Positions 22,079 to 35,032 of a stretch of 64,000 nucleotides of DNA are shown piece after piece. The translations under genes and the position numbers were made by a program. Origin of the DNA: Blepharisma stoltei ATCC 30299 (taxonomy: Eukaryota; Protista; Ciliophora). The notes below the pieces were generated by a model. The model had not been told where the DNA came from. It searched no databases and saw only the letters and a program-made list of their open reading frames with translations. How positions within the stretch are numbered: position 1 is the stretch's first letter; every line of letters begins with the position of its first letter. The stretch covers positions 744,001 to 808,000 of the forward strand of contig CBFDEM010000047.1 of NCBI GenBank assembly GCA_965603825.1, written 5' to 3'.

Positions 22079-23007
22079 AGCAATTATTTTTTCAAAACTA
22101 TATTTATCAAAAATATATTTATATTTATTGTAAAGGGTTCTTAATTTGGTTCAATTCTAGAAAAAATCTGAGTCAAATATTGATGAAAAATTGTTCTACC
22201 AATTATATATTTTAAATCAATCAGCTACCAGTACACTTTCAGGAATTTTATACAAAGAAAACACTCTATTTGTTTAAAAAATGACTTTTGGTATCTCTGA
22301 TATCGAACTCATTATATTCAGTATTTATAATTTGACTGAAATATGCCAGATCTTTACACATAGATTGAGTTAAATTATTAAAAATATTAAATGCATAATA
22401 TCCCTTTTTTAATTCAAAAGGCGCAGCCGAACCGCTGCTCTAATTTCATAACTGATATTTACTATGGGAAATAAAAAAAATAGCAAAAAATTTTAATCAG
22501 ATAAATTGCTAATTAAATAAAGCTTTCTTTTGGAAAAATTTTCATGATGCAAGAGACAGGGCAAGACTGTTTTTGATAAAATCATATGAAGTTTATAAAT
22601 ATTTGAATAAAGCTGTAGGAAAGCTTCTACTATTAATTTTTAATGCAAATCTACGTTATCAGTAGCAAATGCAGAAAAAGTCACTATTTTAGGCTAAAAT
22701 CTTTGCTATTTTAATCACTTTCGATATTCTAACAACTTAATAGAGAGATCAATTCTGATATTTATATGTTTAGCATTTATCTGGGCAATTAGCTATTTAG
22801 GCTCTTTCTTCATAATCAGCCAGCTTTAAAGCTAATTTAAAATATTTTGAACACACCAAGCAATGTGTGCACAGATTATCTTAGTTTTTTAGCTTTGGAT
22901 GAAAAATTTTATATTCTCTCTGCATACCAAGTGTATTATCAGAAAAAGCAATGATTATGCTAAGTTAAAATTAATTAATCAGAAATTAATAATGGCTATA
23001 AATTAAT

Positions 23008-23694
23008 ATGGGCTGCCTAGAAAGTCGGGAAATAATCATACTGGAAGAAAAATTTGTGTCTTTAATGGAAGCATCTCTCAATTATGCTAGCCATGACTGC
23101 AAAATTATTGATTATTACCATCGAAAATATTCCTATAAAGAAGAAATTAACTATGAGCAATGGCTCGAAATAGTTCATAAATTAGGCTTAAATGTCGAAA
23201 ACACCAGAGAGTGTCCGCGAGCTAAGGATCTTTATGAGTCTCTGAAAAATCCTAATGGCACCTACAATTTCAGAAAAATGGCAGAGCTTGGGATTCTTTT
23301 AAGCTCTGGAAATTCTATAGAAAAAGCTAGGCTGCTTTTCCAATTATTTGACCCATTGGATGAAAAAATATTATCAGCTGCAACAATAAACCAGCTTATA
23401 GACGAAATTTTGGAAATCTGCGTTGGCAAAACTACGATTCTAGCATTGAATGTAAATTCAAAAATTAGCCAAAATTCTGTTGTAAAATATGTGAATATTT
23501 TAAAAAAAAATGCTAAGAAATTTAAACCTCAAATTATTAATAAATTCATTGGAAGCGATGCAAAAAACAAATATGAATTTATTTCCTTAAGTAATTTTGA
23601 GTCTCGCATCAAAAAATCGAATCTAGAAAACTTTCTGACAACCCAAGGAATAAGGCAATTTATATTTGAAGAAAAAATGAAATCGCAATCGTAA
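23008..23694 (+). CDS. Hypothetical EF-hand-like protein with N-terminal MGC acylation motif
   Basis: 228-aa ORF; EKARLLFQLFDPLDEKILS resembles a degenerate EF-hand. Confidence 0.7.
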   Translation: MGCLESREIIILEEKFVSLMEASLNYASHDCKIIDYYHRKYSYKEEINYEQWLEIVHKLGLNVENTRECPRAKDLYESLKNPNGTYNFRKMAELGILLSSGNSIEKARLLFQLFDPLDEKILSAATINQLIDEILEICVGKTTILALNVNSKISQNSVVKYVNILKKNAKKFKPQIINKFIGSDAKNKYEFISLSNFESRIKKSNLENFLTTQGIRQFIFEEKMKSQS

Positions 23695-23955
23695 TTGATA
23701 GTAAACTATTTAGTTCTTTATCAATGCACTTATTATCTTTCTCTCATAATCTGTAAAATTAATTTTTTATAGTAACGCTAATTATTTATTCCATTTTTCA
23801 TTTATTTTAATAAAAATTTGATAATGCTGCGCGAATTTATGAGAATTAATTAATATATAGACACATTGATAGCAAAATACAATATAAGGCCGAAATTCCC
23901 ATCAAATCTAACTTCAATTATACTATAAAACTAATTTTCTAATCTTAAATACGAA

Positions 23956-25122
23956 TTAAGAGCTGCCAAGCACAGAATCCAGAAATTCAATCGCTGGAAT
24001 TGCATACCACTAAATAATTCTTACTCTTCTCGGCGTCACCATTCCATTAAACCACCCTACATGTCCTCCGGTCCTTGTTACACCCAAAATCAGCTTCGGA
24101 TTTGCTTTAAACTCCTCATATGGTATACACTCAGACGTCACCACAGGGTCATCCAGAGAGCTCAGCGCAAATGTCGGAATTTCTATATTTTTCATATAAT
24201 TTACACAGCTTGCATCTTGATAGTAATGGTCTGGTGTTTCATATTGGTGAATTTTACATGTAATTAGGTTGTCGAACTCATAAACGCTTTCAGCTTTTAA
24301 TGCTTTTTCAAGGTCAATTGATTCCTTTCCGATCTCCTCAAGAACCTGCCAATTTGTCTGCAAATTTTGCCTCAAATTTTTTAATAAATATTTTTCTGGA
24401 AATCCTGCATATGGCCAAGCTCTTCCAAGTGCTTTTATAACTACAGGCAAGTTATAAGGGGTAGAAACTACAGAAATTCCTTTTAATAAACAGTTTTTTC
24501 CAGTTTCCCCTGCATATTTTAGCATGAGATTCCCACCCATTGATGTGCCTAGTCCTAGAAGTGGAGCATTTGGGTATTTTGAATGAATATGGGCGATCCC
24601 AAAGGCTAAATCTGAGCTTAGCCCACAATGGTTTGTTTTTGGAGACTATTTAGCTAATACAGTTAACGGGTTATCATGAATCCCTCTGCCATGGACTACA
24701 GCGACTCTATACCCTTTTTCTACAGCCACTTCTACAGCGTTTCTAATATATTGAGATTTGCTGCCTCCTGTAAGCCCAGGACTGATAATCAAAATTTTGT
24801 TATTTTGGTCCATTTCACCATGGATTGCTCAGTCAATAGAAATTGTCCCATTGTCAGGGAGCTTGATATATTCTCGCTGGTAGTCAAAATCTTTTCCATA
24901 TGGAGTGTGCCCGGGTAGCTCACCTTTACTAGATCCGAATAAAGCTTGAAGAATCCCATTAGCGAGCCATGGCGTAGGAGTAAAGATTCCTTTAGATAAA
25001 CTGGGAGAACTGGAGATAAGATTGAGGTTTTCAGGAGTTTCTTGGTGGCTAAAGTAGATTTTGTTATCGTAAAGAGGATAGAGAAAATAAGCTCCAGAGC
25101 CTACTAAAGCTAGCCTAATCAT
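23956..25122 (-). CDS. ABHD1/2/3-like alpha/beta hydrolase; two 15-nt introns and one TGA-Trp
   Basis: REYIKLPDNGTISID-W, GTSMGGN nucleophile elbow, SLDDPV and GGHVGWF. Confidence 0.88.
24010..24024 (-). other. 15-nt intron GTAAGAATTATTTAG
   Basis: Removal gives the family-typical C-terminus RR-WYAIPAIEFL. Confidence 0.82.
24646..24660 (-). other. 15-nt intron GTATTAGCTAAATAG
   Basis: Removal gives the family-typical RG..PLT-SPK motif and deletes an in-frame TAG. Confidence 0.85.
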
Positions 25123-25348
25123 TAACTTTTTTCTCTTTTTTTAATAGATTAAGTTTAATAATAAAATGACGAATAAAGAATTGAGATGCAATTTTATGCA
25201 GCAGCTAGAAAACATAAAGCTTTGGTTTATTGTATCAACTTCAATTTATTTATTAATCCACAAAATTTCAATTAAAATAAAATAATCTTAAAATTAAATC
25301 CAGTAGAGTGAATAATTCTTACTAATAAAATTTTAATAAATATAATTC

Positions 25349-26263
25349 ATGCTGATTAAAATGCGCAGGATGTTTTCATCTCTCTATCCATATCACACGA
25401 TTGAAAAATCCAAAGCACAAAAACTCATCGATTTTCCTTTACAATTTTACTCAGAAAATTTTCCAAAAAAAGAGCAAGAACCAATTCCATCAATAAGCTA
25501 TAATGATGAAATTGCAGAAACCTTAGAAGGCGCAACCTATGGCTGTGGAACATTTCTATCCCTTTTAGCAGAAGAGAATTTTAAAGATCTAGAAGACCTT
25601 GTTGAGTGAAACATGTTTAAAGCTCTTGAAAAATCAATTAAATCCTACAAAGATCAAGGATATACAATTACCTCAATTGGTAGCACAGAAAATTCTAAAG
25701 CAGAAATCCTTGACTTTAATATGTATGTTGGCTGTTTACTTCCTTATCGAAATCTTAACTTAGAAGTCAGCCAATACGAGATTTTTAGTGAAGAGAATAA
25801 AGAACCGCTTCCTAAAGTCCACGAATATAAGATAAAAACAGAAGAAGATTGAAGTTATAGTGATCTACCAGACTTTTTAGAGTTTGAATCTTTAAACTTA
25901 AAAGAGATAAGCAGAGGCGGCAACATTGAACTATATAAACGCCGGATAGAAAGGCTAGGCCGACTTTTAAATTTTAACCCAATTACTATGCATGTAATAG
26001 ACATAGGCTATACAAGCACTTTTAAGCTACTTGTGAAAGATAAAGAAGGGAAAATAATAGAAGGTACAAATGATGAAAATAAACAAGAGTTTCACTCGTT
26101 TAGAATGGAATCGGTAATTTATGAAGAAAATTTGTTTGAAAAGCTCTTTGATCCTAGTCATTCTTTGCAAAATTTTTTAAATGAAAAGTTTCCAGGGCTT
26201 TTGAATCAATTCACTATCAGTGATGTTGATGGCTTGATGAATGGAAACCCATTTACTACTTAA
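25349..26263 (+). CDS. Putative mitochondrial protein, possibly MAIP1/Tim44-like
   Basis: Three ORFs joined via TGA, with an Arg-rich presequence-like start. LEGATY..LSLLAEENFKDLEDLV and FTISDVD resemble Tim44-fold MAIP1 proteins (weak resemblance). Confidence 0.6.
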
Positions 26264-26469
26264 CTTTAATTTTCACACAAATAAATTATTTAGGGTTTCA
26301 ATGACTAAATAGAAGCCTGCGCTTCTTTCTGAATATGTGGAAGGTAAAACTTATGAATAGCTGCAGCCTTACTAACAAGACACCAAATTAATAGCAGGTA
26401 TTTATTTTTATTCATTATTATGGTAGAACTTATAAATATTTAGCAAGCTAAACAAATTCCTTTATTACG

Positions 26470-26840
26470 AAATGATCTAAGAGATATATAAATAACATTT
26501 AATGAGCTGAAATATTGATTAATTTGATTATAAAATTTGAGGATGTCTGTTTACTTCCCTACAGAAATCTTAGCCTAGAAAATAGTGAATATCAGGCTCA
26601 TTACTTTTCGTATAAAGAGCTATATCCTTCATATTAAAGATACAAGCCTTAAACGGAAGATATTATCACCGATATCATTCCTGATTTTTCTGAATTTGAA
26701 TCTTTAAACTTGAAAGACTTTTGAATAAATTCACTATCAGTGACGTGATGGCTTGATGAGAGGAAGCCATTCACAATTTAATTTTAATATAGGGTGTCCA
26801 TCAGTAAATAGAAACCTGTGCTCTAATAAATTATAGGTTA
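26470..26840 (+). pseudogene. Heavily deleted copy of the 25349 gene
   Basis: Blocks matching 25733-25780, 25872-25905 and 26200-26330, joined by deletions. Confidence 0.8.
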
Positions 26841-26989
26841 AAATTATGAATAGCTACTAATGGCTTGATTTTTTGAAAAGATTTTGTGCGCCGATTAATA
26901 ACACAAATAGTATTAAATAAGCTTATAATATTGACTAGATCAATCTTAAATAAATGAATTTTTATTCAAAAATACTTAATTAATTTACA

Positions 26990-27949
26990 ATGAATAAAAT
27001 AAGCAGAGCATTTTCGCTCCTTTATCCATATCACACAATTGCAAAATCTGAAGCTCAAAAATTAGTTTATTTTCCTTTGCAATTTTATTCTGAAAAATAC
27101 AAGAAATATAACAGTAAAGAGTCTGGTGAAAAACAATATGTGCTTTAAGCCAGAAAAAATTTTGCAGCTCGGCCAAGAGTCCTCTAAATCTTATAATAAT
27201 CATTTTCCCGAGATCTTAGAAGGAGCAACTTATAGCTGTGGAAAATTTCTATCCCTTTTAGCAGAAGGGAATTTTAAAGATCTAGAAGACGTTGTTGAGT
27301 TAGTAATGTTTGAAATCTTGAAACGTCAAATTAAACGCTACCAAGATCTAGGATACACAGTATCCTCAATTGGAAGCACAGAGAACGCCAAAGCAGAGAT
27401 TCTTGACTTTAATACGATTTTGGCTGTTTACTTCCTTACAAAAATCTTTGCCTAGACATCCGTGAATTAGGGGTTTATAGCACTCAGAGAAATGAGCCAA
27501 ATCCTACAATTCACATATGCAGATTTAGAAACAAAAATAATAACGAGCCTGATTTTTCTGAGCTTGAATCTTTAGACTTGAAAGAGATAAGTATGTCTGG
27601 GAATATAGAATTATATAAAGAACAAATAAGGAAGATATATTAATATTTGGATAAATACCCAATAAAAGTGGAAGCTATCGATATTGGATATGTGAGCAAG
27701 TTTAAGTTTCTTGTGAAAAATTTAGAAGGGAAAATAGTAGAAGGTGCAAATGATGAAAATAAGTTAGAATTTCATTCGTTTAGAATGGAAAAGTTTTCAT
27801 ATGATGATAATATTATCAGATTCATCTTAGAAAATTATATGTTGAAGAAAGAAGAAAAAGTTAAGAGATATTATGCCGATCCCCGATATAAAAAAATTCT
27901 TAGAAAAGATCAATGGATTATAATGCATGAAAACACATTTATCTTTTAG
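26990..27949 (+). pseudogene. Frameshifted third copy of the 25349 gene
   Basis: Colinear paralog with frameshifts near 27140 and 27415 and a TAA at ~27641. Confidence 0.78.
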
Positions 27950-28027
27950 CTTAAAAATAATGTTTGCAAAATAAGAGAAAAATGCTGATAATTCGCAGTA
28001 ATTTTTTAATCTTTTAACTTAAATTTC

Positions 28028-29620
28028 TTAATTGATTATAGGGTTTTTCATCAACAAATATGAGCCTAACACTTCTTTCTGTATAAACGGAAGGTAAAAA
28101 CTTCTAAATGGCTGCTTAGTAGATTTACTATCTAAAAAAGTTTCTGAGCGTATTACAGTCTATATAAATTTTACCCAATTTCTAAACTCAATATCTATAG
28201 GATCTGATTCCAGATTAATATCCACGATATAGTCACAAGAATTGATATCTACATATCTGCTTGGCTCTTCTCTATTAAGATCATTCATATTTTCTGGGAC
28301 AAAATCTGTGCTTTTAAACTGCACTGGAAGAATCCCTGCCGCTCTATGCTTAATATAAAATAAATCAGCTGAGCCTAAAAAAAAAGACGACGGAAACCTA
28401 TACCATTCTCGGCCTACACAGACTCTTCCATCTAGTTTTTCACTCCAAATTTTTAGAGGAGCGTTATAGGACCTTACCAAATGAGCTGTCCTGCTGAAAC
28501 TAATTAATAAAAACACCCCAAAAATCATGAATTTCAGGTATTTGTAAGGAATTGAGTTAATCACATAGCAGCCTAATATGATAATTCCTGAATAAATTGG
28601 GTACATAAACCGCTCTTCTTTATGAGGCTGAGACGAAAGTAATAAAAACCATGCCACAGAGCACGTACAAAGCGCAATTAAAAATCTAAAAGAAGGCACA
28701 AATTTCTTTGCTATATATGAATATATCAGTAAAAGTGGAGACAGCAAAAAACACAGAAAAATCTATATAAACCTCACAATATTAAAATTCAAAAATAAGT
28801 TCACTATATAAAAATACCAAGGATCCACCCCAAAAAGCACTGAAGACCCTACTAGGCTGCTGCCTATACTTGTATTATATTTAAATAAATTTCAGATCCC
28901 AAATACAGGTTTTCCATAAAAATAAGTATCAATAATAACCGACGGAATTGTAGTAAATAACACCGCAGCTATTCCTAATACATAAAGTTTATAATCAAGC
29001 AAAAACTTAGGATACTGTATCAGATAAGGGACCACAAAAGCTGCAGGAATTACCGCCGCAAACGGCCAGCCTACAATCATAAAGAAAGAGCAGCACAATA
29101 ATGCTAAAAATAAATAAAAATAGCTGTTTGTCTTGTAAAACTTAAGAAAATACGTAAAAGCCAACATCAGTAAGTTCATTACAAAAGCTGAAGGAATAAA
29201 GGTGTGTGAAGCCATCACCATTCCTGTACTTAAAATCATAGCGAAATAAAATGTATTTGGGAGGTTGAGCTCTTTAATTAGCACGTGCTTGCAGTATGCT
29301 GAAAAAAATCCAATTAGAGTTCTGAGGGTATAAAATACAGGAAGGCCGGATAGTCCGAAAAGTTTTAAAATATAAGCAGGCCAGGCATGTAGTAATAAAT
29401 ATAGATAAGATCTTAATGCATAGTCAGGGCTGTATTCCCATGGCTCTTGGCCTTTTCCATATACTAAAAAGTGAACGGGATCCCAGTAGTTAAAAACTTC
29501 GTCACAGTCTGGAATTGGCACAAAAAATGCTGCATAGTTTTGGACGTGTGCTGATATCCATAACATTTTATAATGGAAAGGGAGTATTCCCAGGAGAGAT
29601 ATAGACAAAAGGTAATCCAT
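28028..29620 (-). CDS. ALG9: Dol-P-Man alpha-1,2-mannosyltransferase (start at 29620 or 29566); two 15-nt introns
   Basis: IPDCDEVFNYWDP..WEYSPDYALRSY, QPHKEERFMYPIY and CVGREWYRFPSSF. Confidence 0.92.
28160..28174 (-). other. 15-nt intron GTAAAATTTATATAG
   Basis: Removal restores the ALG9 C-terminal FLD..S..FRSFYLP. Confidence 0.85.
28763..28777 (-). other. 15-nt intron GTGAGGTTTATATAG
   Basis: Removal joins NLFLNFNI to IFLCFLL and deletes an in-frame TAG. Confidence 0.85.
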
Positions 29621-32600
29621 TATATGGACTCTATCAAAACAAATGTAATTTCTGCTGATCTAGCATCAGAAGAAATTAATGTGTTTATGAGAAATTTTGA
29701 AGAAATCAGGGATGAAGCTATTTGATGACTAGAAAATGAATCCAGAAGCCCAGAATCTGCAAATTCTGTTGATTTTTTAGTTCATAAGCTTGAAATTGAG
29801 GCAAAATTAGCAATGAGACGTCTTCCTTTATACAAAAATAAAAACCTGATAATTGACACTGCAAGGGAAAATCAATGTGTTGTGGTCACTGCAGAAACAG
29901 GCTCAGGAAAAACCACACAAATGCCGCAGTATTTTCTTTTCAATGAGATTTCAAATAATAAGCTGGTTTTTATCACTCAGCCAAGAAAAATTGCAGCTGT
30001 AAGTGTTGCAAAAAGGGTTCAACAAGAGCTGGATGGACAAGGCGTGTGCTATATTTTGCATAAATCGGAAATAAATAAACTGAATTATTGTGGTGGCATT
30101 GTGTATTTTACTGAAAACTGCTTTTTAAGCTACTTGCTGATTGAAATTAAGTCTGAAAGATTTATGGAAATATGCCAAGTATTGATACTTGATGAAGCTC
30201 ATGAGCGGTCGTTAGAGTTTGACGTTATTTTAGGCCTAATAAAGCAATATATCTTGCCCCGAAGACCTGATTTTAGGCTGATAATTACTTCAGCTACTGT
30301 AAAAGTGGACGAATTTTCTGAATTTTTAGGAAATTGTCCTGTAATTCCATGCTCAGGAAAATGCTACCCAGTTTCAATCCATTATATAAACTCTTATGAC
30401 AATTATTTTAATGAAACCATCAATGTAATCGAAAGAGTTGTCAATGGAAAACTAATTCGAATGAAGCCTAACACTGCAGAAACCCTATTAGTATTTTTAA
30501 CTGGAAAAGAAGAGCTTCAAAAAGGCAAAGAAATTCTACAAAAAAACTTCATGAAACAGTGGAACAGGGTCGAAGTTTTAACACTTTATGGAAGACTTAG
30601 CTATGATGACCAACAAGATGCACTGAGAGGAGGAAACCATAACTGTATAAGGATCGTTTTGTCTACAAATGTCGCAGAAAGCAGCTTAACCGTACCAAAT
30701 GTATCATGTGTAATTGACTGTGGAAGAGAAAAAGTTGGCAAATATAATCCTGCTCAAGGGTTAGTTGATATCTCAGTCAAAAATATAAGCAAAACATCTG
30801 CAATACAAAGAACTGGAAGGGCTGGAAGAGTAATGCCAGGAGAGTGCTTTAGAATCTACACAGAACAAGAATACCTTGAAATGCCTGATTTCAAAGACCC
30901 TGCAATTTTAAATTCAAATCTCGGGATTATTTTGCTGAAATTTATGAAGTATGGGATATCAAATATCTATGAATTTCCTCTAATAAACAAGCCAAGTGCG
31001 GAGGCTATAAAAAATAGCTTTCGGGATCTATATTTATTAAAGGCAATAGATTACACAAATAAACGCTTTGTTCCGAATTCTTTAGGAGAAATACTGTGTG
31101 GACTCGACATTGACCCACTTCTTGGGAAAATGATTTATCATGGAGGACTAATAATGGGCTGCTCTGAAGAAGCAACGATAATTGGCTGCATGATGAGAAC
31201 CTGCAACTATTTTTTTGAAAAAAAAGAGCCAAATATGTACGATTTTATGCAAGAAATTAGGTCAAAAATCCACGACCCACAAGTACAAGCTCCAGAAAAT
31301 GAAAATTTTGGGATTATAAAAAAATTTTTCAATACAAATTATCTGCTGAACACTCATTTGTCGGGATTGGGGGATTGCATGCTTATTCTTTTTGCGTCAA
31401 GACAATGGGCACTTATAAGGTGTATGGCATGTATTTATAAAACTTCAAAGCGAAATGAAAATATTTTATATGAATATGAATCTGAATATAGAGAAGTAGA
31501 AAATCATCAGGATAATTTAAAAATTGATTACGAAAAAGAGTTTTATTTTTCTTCTAGGCAAAAAATGAATGAATCCAAAAGGATTATTGATAGCTTAAAA
31601 TTGGAATCAGACGAAACTAATATTTTCCCCACAAATTGCAAAGCTTGCCATTTACTGAGAACTATGTGGGCAAAAAGATTTGGACTATTCCAAAAAGGCT
31701 TGATCTCTGGATTTAAACTTAAATTCGAAGTCCGAAGAGCAGCGTTGAGGGAAATGATGAGAATTAATTCAGCCTTTGATGCAGATCAGCTAAGGGATGA
31801 AAAGGTGTTAGCTTCTCTTGCTGCAATTTCATGCCTTGATAAGTATAATAGTATATATGAAGAATTTCTAAGACTAAATGCGTCTAGGCTTCCTGAACTA
31901 AGTAACAGAGTTATTCAGAAATATAAAGAAAGGTACTCATTAATCGCCAAAGTTATTTGTACTGGGCTATTTAGAAACTTAGCACATTTCAGAGGTGGAC
32001 CCCTAATAGATTCTGGTTACTATAAAATAGAAACTAATGAGGTTGTTCTTCCCTATCCTCTGTCTTATTTCACTGAGCATAGGCGAACTACTCCTCCTAA
32101 ATACGTGGTCTTTTTTGAAATAAACCAAGCTTCAAGCTCAAGATCCTATATGAAATTTATAACTCCAATTGATTTAGATTGGGCTAACGAATATAATGAC
32201 AGATACATCACAGACACAAAATTTTCTGAAGAAAAAGAGCAAATTTCTTCATTTATTTTTAGTAATATTGGCCCTGCTTATATTCCTTATTTATTAGGAA
32301 ATACAGGGAATAAGCTTGCAGATATTGAAAAAAAGATTCATGACAGTGGGGCTAAAGGAGCTTTACTTCTATATAGCCAAGAAAATAATTCCATAAATTT
32401 TATGTGCCCTAACCAGCATTTCGACCATGGGAAAAATTTGAGTGAAATTGAGCTTGGTCTCTGCAAAAAAGAAATAATCAATAAAAGCACAGTCCAAGTA
32501 TCCTCAGGATATGATGGACTTGCATTTATAATAGCTCCAGGCGCAATTATTAGCGATATTTTAGAATTTGGAGATTCTTTATCTTATGAAATAAAAAACC

Positions 32601-34372
32601 TGAAGCCCTATTCAGGGTTTGACGAGCTCATGCAGGATTTAAAAAATACTTTTGAATTTCAGTCAATGACTTTTAACACGACTCCAGACTTTTGCAATGT
32701 AATCGTGCATTTCAGAACCAAAAAAGAAGCAGAAACAGCTGAAAGCAATTTATTAAAAATTCCTCTTCCAGGAGCTGATGGCCCTATTACTGAAATGAGA
32801 AAAATTGGGTCGACCTTAGAAAGGTTTTATGACTTTGGGCTTAAAGTTGTGCTGCCATACACCGTTAGTGATTTGCAAATTGAAAAACTGCTAGAGCTTT
32901 ATAATATAGCAACCTGAAATATTAAGGCTATAAGAAATTTAAAGCTTGTTTTCTTATGGTTTCAAAGGGCTGAAGACGCTGATTTTATGCTGAACAGCTT
33001 TAGGCATTCTTATAAAAAAATATTCAAGAACACAAATAACATCTCAATCCAGCCTCTTGATAGCGGACTCCTAATCCCCAAAGAATTTGAAAAGCTTGGA
33101 ATAGACCAATTAGGTCTCTTTATCAGAGATCTCTGCTATAAGTACAATTGCAAACTAACTATAAAAGGAAAAGACCGGCTCCGTATATTTGGAGATTTCA
33201 AAAATATTCAGCAAGAAGCCATCGACAAACTTTTAAATTTACTCCACTATACCCCTCTACCAATTTCCAAAAATATCATGAAATTGATAGAAAAGCATCA
33301 TTTTGCGACTGAAGATGGCGAATTAAACTGAAAAAGATGGCAAGAAAGCATGAGCGTCGTATGCAGCTATTTTTGGTATAGAGAAATATTGGTGATTTAT
33401 GGGTTCCCTCAGAACAGACAGTCTGCGAAAAAATTTTTGACTGAAATTCTTCGGACCTTGAATTCGAGCATTGTAGAGGTCGAGCGGCAATTTAATCCTA
33501 ATGATTGGAATTATTTGGAAAGGTTTAGGGTTAAGCATAGTAGAGATTCTGATATAGAAATAAGGATTAATAGAAGGCAGCACATTCTTATCCTCAGAGG
33601 CCAGCAATCTAAAGTTAATGACTTACTTGATAAAATTCGTGCCCCTACAATTGAGCCTAGAAATGATTTGCATAGCTGTGGAATCTGCACAGAGCCTATA
33701 AATGCTGAGGATAAATTCAGCTTATCCTTATGTGGCCATCAAATACACAAGTCCTGCTTTAAAGTCCAAGTAAAAATTGCCTCAGAAAACAAGCCTCTAC
33801 CAGATTTACCATTAAAATGCATTTATTGTAGGGAGGTTATTTTGTATAGTGACTGGGTAAAGGTGTTAGATCAAGCAGAAATCAAGAACTTGTACCATGC
33901 TTCACTTGTGAAATTTATGACAAATGATAAAGGGAAAAGTTTTTCGTGGTGCGAAAACCATGTTTGTGATTTTATATATAATAAATCAAAGTTCACGAAT
34001 AGATCGCCTATAAGAAATTGCCCTGAATGCCATGGGAAATTTTGTGTTAGGTGTAAAAAAGAAGTGGTTGGGATGACTCATGAAGTCAGATGTGAAATGC
34101 AAAGAATTGGAGAAGAAAATAAAAAATGGATAGAAGAAAATACTTCGACCTGCCCCAGCTGTGAGTTTAAAACAGAGAAAAATGGAGGGTGTAATCATAT
34201 TACTTGTCCAAATTGTAATACCCATTATTGCTTTATCTGTGGTGAAGACATATCAAGAATGATACCTGTCGACCATTATAGAGACCCTAGCAAGATTGCA
34301 TGTTTTGGAAAATACCTTAATGCGAATGATGAAGGAGTTTTTCCAATTCCTGCTGATTGGGAATTGATTTAA
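29573..34372 (+). CDS. DEAH-box RNA helicase - KH/RRM-like - RBR (RING-IBR-RING) E3 ligase fusion, ~1600 aa (alternative start 29624)
   Basis: AETGSGKTTQ, DEAHER, SAT, STNVAESSLT and QRTGRAGR; KH-like LLGNTGNKLADIEK; CGIC..CGHQIHKSC, an IBR and CPSC..KNGGCNHITC..C..C..C. All in one frame, interrupted only by TGA. Confidence 0.88.
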
Positions 34373-34399
34373 TTAATTAACTGTATTATCAAAGACCAT

Positions 34400-34825
34400 T
34401 TATTTAATATTTTTGTCTTCTATTTCCATTTTTCTCAAATTTTCTGATTTTGACCTCATTTTTGTGGCTTTTTTCTGCAGCACCGCTATTTCTTCATTTT
34501 TTTCTTCAATTCTGTCTTCATATAGAGTCAGCTGGGCTTCTAGCTCGATAATTCTTTTCCTTAATGTTTCGTTCTGGTCTAGGACCTCTTTTAAAGCGTC
34601 TTGAAGAGATTTAATGAACTCATCATGGCCTTTGCAGCTCTTACAAGGTTTAGAAATAGAGGCAAGTGAAAGCTTTTCTAAGTTACTGATGGTTTGCCTT
34701 TGGTCATTTTCAGATGCTTCGTGAGAAACTTTATTTTTTGGTTTAGACTTGGTTTTTGAGTTTTCCAGGGACTCTAGAGGAGCTCGGCTAAGCCTTACAG
34801 ATCTCCTTAAGTTGTAAATAGACAT
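34400..34825 (-). CDS. Small coiled-coil hypothetical protein
   Basis: 141-aa ORF with a heptad-rich C-terminal half. Confidence 0.7.
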   Translation of the reverse strand: MSIYNLRRSVRLSRAPLESLENSKTKSKPKNKVSHEASENDQRQTISNLEKLSLASISKPCKSCKGHDEFIKSLQDALKEVLDQNETLRKRIIELEAQLTLYEDRIEEKNEEIAVLQKKATKMRSKSENLRKMEIEDKNIK

Positions 34826-35032
34826 TATGGGGGGACTTATAAATAATTTTCTATTAATTTTATTTCATATTTTGTGTTAAATATTTGAAAATCCTAAATT
34901 TTCAAATAAAATTTGTGCTTGACTTCCTCTGCTTTATTTTTTATTTAAAATTAAATTTTTATTTCTGACACAAATAGCTAGGACTATCTTCACCCCAACC
35001 ATAATCTATAATTAAGCTAAAATTCATCGTGA

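Noticed and set aside
22080-23000. Unusually long AT-rich gap with a small GC patch near 22420
   Set aside because: I could not recognise an RNA structure, repeat or ORF. It may hold an ncRNA or retained IES, but there is no supporting evidence.
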